32,000 nt of DNA from an uncultured Opitutales bacterium (GTDB taxonomy: Bacteria; Verrucomicrobiota; Verrucomicrobiia; Opitutales; Intestinicryptomonadaceae): positions 73,016-105,015 of the forward strand of contig CAKUIA010000007.1 of the NCBI GenBank assembly GCA_934660865.1, read 5' to 3'. Below, in pieces: positions 1 to 8,098 of the stretch. Every line of letters begins with the position of its first letter. The stretch's first letter is position 1. The translations under genes were made by a program, and so were the position numbers. A model generated the notes under the pieces. It was not told the DNA's origin and made no database searches. It saw only the letters and a program-made list of their open reading frames with translations.

Positions 1-2576
1 AGCCATTTAAAATACAGCTTTGCCGAAATTTCGTCGCTAAGGCAGTTGTATTTTGCCTTTCCGCTTATTGTAGACGAAGCGCCGTTTATTTCCAGTTTTT
101 GGAACGACAACTCGCCGTTTTCCAAATCGGCAACGGTTTGCATATTGTCGTATTTAAATGTCGCAATGGGGAACCTCAGCTTTTCCAGCGCAACCGAAAT
201 GCCGCCCAAAATGTTCAGCTTGGCAAGGTTTTCGTTTTTCAATTCGGCGGTGGCGCGCCCCTTTATGCTTTTAAAGTCGTCCAAATAGCCCTGCGCCGTT
301 CCCCTTACGTTTACAAGCCCCTTTTCGGGTGGCTCGTCGTCTTTTTTTTCGGCATTCGCCAAAGCCGCAATAAAGTCTTCGGCGCGCTGCTGGTCTATGC
401 CGTCTACGTCGAAAGCCGCGTTAAAATACCTGCGCTTGCCCTCTTTTTTAAGCGAAAATGCCCCCAAATTTATTTTGCCCGCGCAAAAAACGCCTCCTAC
501 GTTTTTTATGTCGAAATCCTCGTCTAAACCCGACCCAAAACCGCGTATGCTGTCGAACGGGAAGCCCCCTATGTCTATAAATTCGGGAATGTCGAATTTA
601 AACGCAATTTTTTGCTTTGCGTCTTTTTCGCGCTCCAAGTTTGCGCAGCGCAAGTCCAAATCCACATTCGCATAGCCCGAAAAGCGCAACACGTCTTTTA
701 GCTCTTCAACATCTTCGCCGCCCAGGGCAAACAGCGCGCCGCTTTTCATGTTGGCATTGGCAACAACCCTGCGCTCGTAATACTTGTCCAAGCCCCTGTT
801 TGGGTCGTATGTCCAGCACAAGGCGGCTTTTGCAAAGCCCTTGTCGGTGTCCGAAATATCGACATCGTATATCGAAATAACAGACGGGTCTACATTTATC
901 TTAAGCGATACGCCGCCGAAAAGGTGGTTGTTGTATACGACGTCTTGCCCCTTTACCGACACAAAGCACCATATAAAATCGGGGTCGCCCCAGCGGCTTT
1001 TTATGTAGGCGTTTGCATACGGAAACCCTTTTTTAAATTCAAATTCGCCCATAATGCGGCGCCACCAGTCCTCCATAAAATGGCTTATTGCTGTGGGCCT
1101 TATAGTGCCGTCTATGTAGAATTCGTAGTCGAGATTTTTTAGGTTTTGGTAGACACTACCTTCCACCTGCCAGCCTTCGGGCGAGGCCACAAAAATATTG
1201 TCTGCATACAAAGCAAAGCTTTGCGAATCGAAACTTATGTCGGCGCACGCCTCGGTTGAGGGAATTTTATAGAACACGCAATCTTTGCCCGCAAACTTTG
1301 CCGACACAAAAAACTGCCTGTTTTCGATGTTAAAATCGGCACTGCCCGCCAAATACACCCCTTCGGGGAAGTCGAAATCGTTAAGTTCCTCTATTTTCGG
1401 CACAAAATTAAAGTTTGTTGCAAACAGCGGGTTTTCGAATGTGCAAAATTTGGCGCTAACATTCGAGCCGCTTCTGTTTGCAACAAGCTTGGCAAAAAAG
1501 TCGCCCCTTCTTTTTACGTATATATCCGCCATTGTGGGCATATGGTCGGCAAGCGAAAGCTTGTCGGCAAAAATGTCGGCATAGGCAAATTTTTGCCCGT
1601 CAAACAAAATGTCCACCGCCGAAACTTCGGCGTTAAACAGCGCCTTGTTTTCGAAATCAACCAAGGCAAAAGCGTCTAAATTCTTAAGCCGGCTTTTGCC
1701 GAAAATGTCGGCCTTGCCCGCTTCAAGCATAACCTTTGCCGTTTTCCTGCTTATGTTCGACTTCGACATTTCGGCCGCAACTACAATGTTTTCGAAGGAA
1801 ACGTCGCCCATATTTTCGACCGGAACGACAACCGAATTTGCGCCGTATACAAGCTTTAAAAAGTCAAGCCCCTCGCTTGTTGCGTCGAAATTTACAACCA
1901 GCGCCGAATTGCCGAACCTGTCGGCATACTCGCGGCCGCTCTCCAAAAATTTGCAGAAAGCGTTCCACATTTGCGGCGGAGTTTTTGCGGAATCTTTTTG
2001 CGCCGTTTCGTGCCCGCTCTTTTGCCGCTGCGCGAAAATCCTTTCGCTGAAAGTGCCCGAAGCCCTGATTGCAACCCTGCCAAAGTGCGCCCTAAGCTTT
2101 TCCAATTTCCACCAAATGCCGCTGTTCGAAAGCGCAAAGCTCGTCTTTTCCAGCAGCCAGCCCCTTTCGGAACCCTCGCTGGAATTTACCTTGGCGTTTT
2201 CAACATAAATTTTGCTTACAAGAAAATCGCCCCTTAACAGCGCAAAAACGGAAATGTCTACTACCACCTTGTCGGCGTTTAAAAATTCGGCCGAAGTGCC
2301 CGCAAACCTAAGCGACAAGCCTTTTATTTCAACTTGTCCCCTTGCATTAAGCCTTATGTCCTTTTCGGCGGCTACAACCCCGTTCTTCGACAAGTGCGAA
2401 TGTAGCAGCTCTACAAACGATTCGTTTACCCCAAACGAAAGCGAATAGGCAAGCGCCACCAACAGCGCGCTTTCGGCCAGCAACGCCGCAAACAGGAAGA
2501 CGTTGAACGCGTAAAGAGCCGTCCGCAAAGCCTTTTTTGCGGCTTTGCCTAAAGCGTTGTCGTTTGATACTTTCAC
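1..2576 (-). CDS. Large membrane-anchored AsmA/TamB-like protein (N-terminal 858 codons; 3' end lies beyond the left edge of the window)
   Basis: Hand translation of the minus strand gives an uninterrupted frame from GTG at 2576-2574 (1 nt after the stop of the upstream gene) to position 1. That is 858 codons plus 2 nt, consistent with 2576 mod 3. It is missing from the ORF track because no stop lies in the window. The N-terminus has one hydrophobic helix (ALRTALYAFNVFLFAALLAESALLVALAYSL). It is followed by beta-rich repetitive sequence (VVVDISVFALLRGDFLVSKIYVENAKV) of the kind seen in AsmA-family proteins. Confidence 0.6.
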   Translation of the reverse strand, partial: MKVSNDNALGKAAKKALRTALYAFNVFLFAALLAESALLVALAYSLSFGVNESFVELLHSHLSKNGVVAAEKDIRLNARGQVEIKGLSLRFAGTSAEFLNADKVVVDISVFALLRGDFLVSKIYVENAKVNSSEGSERGWLLEKTSFALSNSGIWWKLEKLRAHFGRVAIRASGTFSERIFAQRQKSGHETAQKDSAKTPPQMWNAFCKFLESGREYADRFGNSALVVNFDATSEGLDFLKLVYGANSVVVPVENMGDVSFENIVVAAEMSKSNISRKTAKVMLEAGKADIFGKSRLKNLDAFALVDFENKALFNAEVSAVDILFDGQKFAYADIFADKLSLADHMPTMADIYVKRRGDFFAKLVANRSGSNVSAKFCTFENPLFATNFNFVPKIEELNDFDFPEGVYLAGSADFNIENRQFFVSAKFAGKDCVFYKIPSTEACADISFDSQSFALYADNIFVASPEGWQVEGSVYQNLKNLDYEFYIDGTIRPTAISHFMEDWWRRIMGEFEFKKGFPYANAYIKSRWGDPDFIWCFVSVKGQDVVYNNHLFGGVSLKINVDPSVISIYDVDISDTDKGFAKAALCWTYDPNRGLDKYYERRVVANANMKSGALFALGGEDVEELKDVLRFSGYANVDLDLRCANLEREKDAKQKIAFKFDIPEFIDIGGFPFDSIRGFGSGLDEDFDIKNVGGVFCAGKINLGAFSLKKEGKRRYFNAAFDVDGIDQQRAEDFIAALANAEKKDDEPPEKGLVNVRGTAQGYLDDFKSIKGRATAELKNENLAKLNILGGISVALEKLRFPIATFKYDNMQTVADLENGELSFQKLEINGASSTISGKAKYNCLSDEISAKLYFKW

Positions 2577-2577
2577 C

Positions 2578-4428
2578 TTATTTTGCGTTTTGCGCCTGAG
2601 CTTGGGGCGAGTTTGCGCCAAGTTCGTACAACGCCGCCGACAACTTGGGAGCCAGCAACACAAGCTCGCCGTTTACAAGCGCATATTGTTCGTTTGCCGA
2701 AATTCTCTCCCCGAAGGGAATCTGCAATGTCGAAATTTCGTCGGTTCCCGTACCGGGGGTTGAAATCTCTATGGAAAGCCTGTAAAGCCAGTCGCTTTTT
2801 TTGGAGTTTACCGTATACGACGTTTGGTCGGCAACGCCCTTTGCATAGGCCTTAACGTAGAACTTTTTTGCAAATTCCGCCAATGTTTTAAGTGCGTTTT
2901 TCTTAGGCAGCGAAAGGTTCTGCGCGCCGCCCAAAATTTCGCCGTTTTGTGCCGCGGCAAAAAATACCTGTTTTTCGCTCTTTATATCCGAAATGGAGAT
3001 GGAAACAATTTTCGACTTTTCGGGCATCGAAAACGACAGCCTGCTTTTGTAGTCCAAAAAGTCGGGCTTAAAATTGCGTATAAGCTCGCCGCTAATCCCG
3101 TAAATGCTCGGAGAGGAATCTACCTTTGCATAGTACAATGTGGCGGCACCCTCTTTGTAGGATTTGCCTATGCTTATGCTTTTGCGCACGTTGTCGGCAA
3201 AGGCCAAAGTTATTTTTACAGCAGGATTGTCCAAGCCGAATTGCGCCAAATTTTCGTCGGGCAAATCGCTTACATACGAATATGCTATTGTGTTGCGCAA
3301 GGCCGACAATACGCGCGAAACCGTTGTTGTATCGGCGCTTGTAGGGGCGATTACCGTTTCGCCGCGCCTGCCCGAAACGTCCCACGCGTCGCCCACTTTC
3401 TTAAGATTTACCATATCCGCGTCCGACGCGATTTCTATCTGCTGGCACGAATGTTCGGGAAATCTGAAAATGTTTTTTTCCCTCAGGGAATTTTGCAGGG
3501 CCGCAAGGTTTTCGAACGGGGCCAAATCAAGAGTAAATATCGTCGGGTTGTCGGCGATTTTGGCGTAGATTTTCCCCTTGGCGGAATCGGCCTTGCCGAA
3601 ATAGATTGTCTGCGAGCGGTTTGTTCCGTCGAGCGTCATGGAAATCGGCCACGACATTGCGTCCAGCCCGGCTTCAACCTCGCTTACGTTTTCGAAGCTT
3701 TTTATCAGCGCCGACGAAACGGCGTTTATAAAGGCGTCTACCGCATGGCTCGAGGCCGCCGCCGAAATGGGGGTTTCGAAACGCCATTTACCCTCGGCAT
3801 TGCGGGTTAGCCCTATTCTTTTCCACGAAGTTTTCGCCCTTGTTTTTGCGTCTTCCACCGGAAGCCTTAAGGTTATCGAGGCAATCTCGAATTTCGGAAT
3901 GTCTATAACGCTTTGGCTGCGCAGGCGCTCTATGTCTACCATAAGCGCGTCGGCAAGCTCCCTGTCGGCAACAACAACCCTGTTTTGCATGGAGTCGAGC
4001 ATATACACCTTGTCGCCGACCGACGCATTTTTGCCTATTTTAAGAGAATACATTGTTTTGCCGTCGCCGTATTTGAAAACGCAAACGGGATTTTTCAGGC
4101 CGTAGTCGTCCAAACTCTGCCCGTGCGACGCTATTTCCGAAACGGGAAAGCCGTTTTCGCTGTCCAAAAACTCAAGGTTTCTTAAAATTCTGTTTACGGC
4201 AAAATAGTTTGCCTGCCACTGTATGGGCGAAATTATGCGCCATTTGTTGTTTTCGAACACCAAAATGCGGGGTTTGTCCACATTCTTGCCGTCTACCTGA
4301 AGCCTTGTAATTTCAACCAAAGCCCTTTGGCTTTGTTCGGGAACAGCCTGCGAAAATTCAAGTTTAAATATCGCAAGCAGCGCGGCGACATTGGCAATCA
4401 GAAGAAAAATCGTAAAACGTATCCGCAT
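2578..4428 (-). CDS. DUF4340-like membrane-anchored protein, the usual partner of GldG-type ABC modules
   Basis: 616-aa ORF with an N-terminal TM helix (IFLLIANVAALLAIFKL). It starts 6 nt downstream of the GldG-like gene. The position and architecture match the DUF4340 genes that typically follow gldA/F/G-like transporters. Confidence 0.6.
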   Translation of the reverse strand: MRIRFTIFLLIANVAALLAIFKLEFSQAVPEQSQRALVEITRLQVDGKNVDKPRILVFENNKWRIISPIQWQANYFAVNRILRNLEFLDSENGFPVSEIASHGQSLDDYGLKNPVCVFKYGDGKTMYSLKIGKNASVGDKVYMLDSMQNRVVVADRELADALMVDIERLRSQSVIDIPKFEIASITLRLPVEDAKTRAKTSWKRIGLTRNAEGKWRFETPISAAASSHAVDAFINAVSSALIKSFENVSEVEAGLDAMSWPISMTLDGTNRSQTIYFGKADSAKGKIYAKIADNPTIFTLDLAPFENLAALQNSLREKNIFRFPEHSCQQIEIASDADMVNLKKVGDAWDVSGRRGETVIAPTSADTTTVSRVLSALRNTIAYSYVSDLPDENLAQFGLDNPAVKITLAFADNVRKSISIGKSYKEGAATLYYAKVDSSPSIYGISGELIRNFKPDFLDYKSRLSFSMPEKSKIVSISISDIKSEKQVFFAAAQNGEILGGAQNLSLPKKNALKTLAEFAKKFYVKAYAKGVADQTSYTVNSKKSDWLYRLSIEISTPGTGTDEISTLQIPFGERISANEQYALVNGELVLLAPKLSAALYELGANSPQAQAQNAK

Positions 4429-4434
4429 AAAAAA

Positions 4435-5916
4435 CTACCTCCTAAAGAAAGAAACCAAAAGACCGACTATTGCAATAAATGCAGGCAAAAGCGCAAATCT
4501 GAACGCAAGCGCAAACACGTCGCCCTCGCTTAGGGTAATGGAATACTTGCTCATCGAACGCGGCACAATGTTTAGCATACTGTCCCTTTCAAGCATCCAG
4601 TTTACGGTGTTGTATAAAAGCTTTGAATTGCCCAAACGGTTAAAAAGCCTGTTCGAGGCAAAGTCTTCGTCGCCGAATACCGCAAGCTTGCCGCCGGGTA
4701 TCTTAAGCCCCAAGTCGTTGTTGCCCGTGCGCGAGGCCACCATTGCAACGGGAACGGGGCCTTTAAAATCCACGGCTTCGTCGTACTTAAAGCCCGAGTT
4801 TTTGTAGTTTTTTTCGGCCCAGCTTGCGGGCGTGCTGTACATTAAAACGTCGCTTTTAATGCTTTCGTCTATGGCGGCGCCCAAATCCTGCCTTACCATT
4901 CTAGTCGAGCCGAACTGGAGCGGCAAATCGGCGTCTACCAAATAGCGGACAATCTTGTGTGGGTTTTGCGAAAAGCTTTTTACGACCAAGTCGCCCCCCG
5001 TGCTTTCGCCCGAGTTTGCGGATTCTATTACCATTGCGTCGTCGGTGCGAATGCCCCAGTCGAACAAAATTTCGTCCAACCCGTTTGTGTCGCCCATGCC
5101 GAAAAACATTATTATGTTGCCGTTCGATTTTAGCAGGTAGTTTTTAAGCAAATCTATTTCGCGCGGCAAAAAGGTGGCCTGCGGGGCGGCAATTACAATA
5201 AGGGCGGCGTTTTGGGGGATTTGTTTTGCCTCGGTAAGGTTTAAGTCGGCAATTTTAAAGTTGCGGCTTGTAAGGTACGACGCAAATTCCGACATGCCCC
5301 GTAAAGGGTCTGCGCTGCGGTAGCTCATTTCGCCGTGGCCCGAAAGGAAATATATTTTGCCGTCGTCGTTTTGGGTTACCGAAAGCATTGCCGAGCTTAT
5401 CGCCTGCTCGCCCTTCCACGAAACCTTGTTAGGGGCGTTTAGGTCGTACAAATCCGAAAGGCTTAAAATCTTGAATTTTTTTGCGGCGTTGTTCGAAACA
5501 ATCACGCTGTTTTCTATGTCCTTGCCGAATTTCGAAACGATTTCCTCTACCTTTTTGCTTTCTATGTGCGGGTTTATGAAATGCGCCCTTATCTTAGCCG
5601 AATTTTTCATCGACAAATATTCGTATTGGGCAAGCGTTTTGTGCAGGTCTTTTAAAACCGAATCGCCGTCAAGGTCGCCAATGCCGCGCCTTACGGTAAT
5701 ATAGATGTCTATGGGCTCTTTTAGGCCGGTTATATAGGCCGTGCTTTCAAGCGAAAGCGAATTTTTACGGTTTTCGGAAAGGTCGAACTTAAAATAGTGC
5801 CTTGCCGCCAAAAAGTTTAGCGACAAGAACAGCAAAATGCCCAAAAAAATCTGAATTGTAAGGTTCAGCGTATTGGCCTTGCGCGCAAATCTAAAATCTC
5901 TAAAAGCCGCTCTCAT
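4435..5916 (-). CDS. GldG-like auxiliary component of an ABC-2 transporter
   Basis: The track ORF is 4435..5964. I prefer the internal ATG at 5916-5914 (MRAAFRDFRF...), which overlaps the permease stop as ATGA, a translational-coupling arrangement. It has an N-terminal TM (IQIFLGILLFLSLNFLAA) and a C-terminal TM (FALLPAFIAIVGLLVSFF) flanking a large periplasmic domain, as in GldG. Confidence 0.7.
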   Translation of the reverse strand: MRAAFRDFRFARKANTLNLTIQIFLGILLFLSLNFLAARHYFKFDLSENRKNSLSLESTAYITGLKEPIDIYITVRRGIGDLDGDSVLKDLHKTLAQYEYLSMKNSAKIRAHFINPHIESKKVEEIVSKFGKDIENSVIVSNNAAKKFKILSLSDLYDLNAPNKVSWKGEQAISSAMLSVTQNDDGKIYFLSGHGEMSYRSADPLRGMSEFASYLTSRNFKIADLNLTEAKQIPQNAALIVIAAPQATFLPREIDLLKNYLLKSNGNIIMFFGMGDTNGLDEILFDWGIRTDDAMVIESANSGESTGGDLVVKSFSQNPHKIVRYLVDADLPLQFGSTRMVRQDLGAAIDESIKSDVLMYSTPASWAEKNYKNSGFKYDEAVDFKGPVPVAMVASRTGNNDLGLKIPGGKLAVFGDEDFASNRLFNRLGNSKLLYNTVNWMLERDSMLNIVPRSMSKYSITLSEGDVFALAFRFALLPAFIAIVGLLVSFFRR

Positions 5917-6677
5917 CTGCGTATGTCCATAACTATGGTTGTTATCGCCAAAAACAGGGCGCAAATGCTGGAATAGTAAAAGAAGGGCCTAGTGTCGAGC
6001 ATTGCCGAGCCGAAATCCTCCAAATGCTTGAATGTTTGCATATAGTCGGCCAAAGCCCCAAACCACGCAAAGCTTCCGCTTTCGGGAACGTAGAACTTGT
6101 TTAAAAGCCCGCCTCCTATAAGCACGCAAAACAGCATGCAAAAACTCAGCATTGCGGCAACCAGCGTAGTGCGCGTCAAAGACGAGGCAAAAACGCCTAT
6201 GGCAACATAGCTTAGCCCGCTTATGAAAATAAACAGATAGCCCGAAACCGTTTCGCCAAGCGAAAACACGCCGCCGTTTACCGCCGAATGCGGGACAAAC
6301 CAAAGCGTTATAAGCGGAAACACCAGCGTTATCGCCCAAAGCAGAACATAGTATAGGTAGCACGCCGCAAATTTTGCCGCAACTATCTGGAATATGCTGA
6401 CGGGCGTTGTCATTAAGGCGTCTAGTACGCCCGATTTTTTTTCGTCGGCAAAGCTGCGCATTGTAAGAATGGGCACCAAAAACAAAACGGGAATCCAAAA
6501 CACGGCCAAAAACTTTTCGGTTGCCGACACGGTAGAGGCCCTTTCGCTTAAATCCACCAAACTTAGCAGGTATATAAAGCCCATAAACGCCGTAAACAGC
6601 ACGCCGGCAACGTATGTAGACGGACTTAGCATCATCATATACACCTGATTCGAAAACATTGTATAAAATTTTTTCAT
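5913..6677 (-). CDS. ABC-2 type transporter permease (GldF-like)
   Basis: 254-aa polytopic hydrophobic ORF with about 6 predicted TM segments. It starts 7 nt downstream of the ATPase gene. Confidence 0.75.
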   Translation of the reverse strand: MKKFYTMFSNQVYMMMLSPSTYVAGVLFTAFMGFIYLLSLVDLSERASTVSATEKFLAVFWIPVLFLVPILTMRSFADEKKSGVLDALMTTPVSIFQIVAAKFAACYLYYVLLWAITLVFPLITLWFVPHSAVNGGVFSLGETVSGYLFIFISGLSYVAIGVFASSLTRTTLVAAMLSFCMLFCVLIGGGLLNKFYVPESGSFAWFGALADYMQTFKHLEDFGSAMLDTRPFFYYSSICALFLAITTIVMDIRR

Positions 6678-6684
6678 GCGCTTT

Positions 6685-7689
6685 TTACGAGTCTTTGTTT
6701 TTTATATCCACAACGCTTTCCCAGCTGCGTTTTGTTGCCGCCATAAATATGTCTTCCAAAGTGGGCTTTTTGCGGTAAACCTCCCTAAGGCGCAAGGCCG
6801 TGTCTTTCGAAAGTTCGCAAACTATCTTTTCGCCCATATCCTCCAATATCGGCGTTTTTACGGTAAATTCCGAAAAACCTTCGCCGTCTTGCTTTGTTGC
6901 GGAATCCAAAACAAGCGAGGAGTCTATTATGCCGAGCAGACCGCGCATTTGTTCTTCGGTTGCCTTTGCCGATATTTTGTAGACGCTTTCGGTTATAAAT
7001 TCGCGGCGCAATTCGTCGGGGCTGCCGTTGGCCACAATTTCGCCCTGGTTTATTATTATAACCCTGTCGCACATAAGCTCTATTTCGGGCAATATGTGGC
7101 TGCTTATAATAACGCTCATTTCGCCCCTAAGCGAATTTATAAGGCGGCGTATGGCCAAAATTTGGTGGGGGTCCAGCCCAATGGTGGGCTCGTCCATAAT
7201 AATTACCTCGGGCTTTGCCAAAATGGCGTCGGCAATGCCAACCCTTTGCCTAAAGCCCTTCGAAAGATTGCCTATTATGCGCTTTGCCGCCTTTCTTTTA
7301 AGCTGGCAAATTTCCATAACCTCGTCTACGCGGGCCTTGTATTCGCGGCGGAGCAACCCCTTAATTTTAGCCCTGTAGCGCAGATATTCTATAACGCGCA
7401 TATCTTCGGGCAGGGGGTTGTTTTCTAGCATAAAGCCTATGTGTTTTTGCGCCAAGTCGGGGTAGTTTGCAACGCTTTCGCCGCAAATGTATGCGCAGCC
7501 GCTTGTGGCGGGCATTAACCCGCTTATTATGCGCATTGTGGTGCTTTTGCCCGCCCCGTTTGGGCCCAAAAAACCGAGTATCTCGCCCTTTTTAATCGAG
7601 AACGAGACATCGTCTAAAGCTTTCAGTTCGCCGTATTTCTTTGTTAAGTGGCTTACGACGACCGAATAATTTTCGCCCGCTTCGGCCAT
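6685..7689 (-). CDS. ABC transporter ATP-binding protein (GldA-like)
   Basis: Walker A GPNGAGKST (residues 42-50), ABC signature LSKGFRQRV, Walker B VIIMDEPTIGLD and H-loop SSHIL are all present. Confidence 0.9.
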   Translation of the reverse strand: MAEAGENYSVVVSHLTKKYGELKALDDVSFSIKKGEILGFLGPNGAGKSTTMRIISGLMPATSGCAYICGESVANYPDLAQKHIGFMLENNPLPEDMRVIEYLRYRAKIKGLLRREYKARVDEVMEICQLKRKAAKRIIGNLSKGFRQRVGIADAILAKPEVIIMDEPTIGLDPHQILAIRRLINSLRGEMSVIISSHILPEIELMCDRVIIINQGEIVANGSPDELRREFITESVYKISAKATEEQMRGLLGIIDSSLVLDSATKQDGEGFSEFTVKTPILEDMGEKIVCELSKDTALRLREVYRKKPTLEDIFMAATKRSWESVVDIKNKDS

Positions 7690-7701
7690 AGCGAATTTCG
7701 G

Positions 7702-8061
7702 CTATGCCACTTTCTTTGCTATATACGACTTAATGTCGCCCAAAGTGCGCAATGTGGCAATATCGTCGTTGTCTATCGAAGTGCCAATGGCTTCTTCTAC
7801 GGCAAGCACAATTTCCACCATTGTAAGCGAATCGAAACCCAACTCGTCGGTAATTACCATATCGTCGGAGGGGTTTTTAAGAAGGGGTTTTTTGTCGTCT
7901 TCGGCAAATCTTTCGAGAATGCCCAAAACTATGGGGGTAATCAATGCAATATTGCCGGTTTTTCTGAAAGATACGGCCGCGTCTATAGTCTCTTGCGAGC
8001 ATTTTTTAAGGTTCTCTCTAAGAACCGCTTCGTCTTCTGCTGATAAGTTCATATTGTTCAT
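7702..8061 (-). CDS. Acyl-carrier-protein-like (phosphopantetheine-binding) protein with an N-terminal extension
   Basis: The C-terminal half carries the carrier-protein core ELGFDSLTMVEIVLAVEEAIG (DSL serine motif). At 119 aa it is about 40-50 residues longer than a canonical AcpP. Confidence 0.65.
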   Translation of the reverse strand: MNNMNLSAEDEAVLRENLKKCSQETIDAAVSFRKTGNIALITPIVLGILERFAEDDKKPLLKNPSDDMVITDELGFDSLTMVEIVLAVEEAIGTSIDNDDIATLRTLGDIKSYIAKKVA

Positions 8062-8098
8062 AAAAGTAAGTATTAAAATTTTGCCGAGCTTTTCAATT

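Noticed and set aside
2824-3810. 328-aa + strand ORF. Similar long antisense ORFs occur at 1609-2208, 6676-7428, 10140-11000, 13232-13888, 14595-15383, 17036-17731 (minus strand) and 21608-22324 (minus strand).
   Set aside because: Each lies entirely inside and opposite a gene with clear family motifs. Their translations are low-complexity, rich in R, F, A and C, with no motifs. They are shadow ORFs produced by the codon bias of the real genes.
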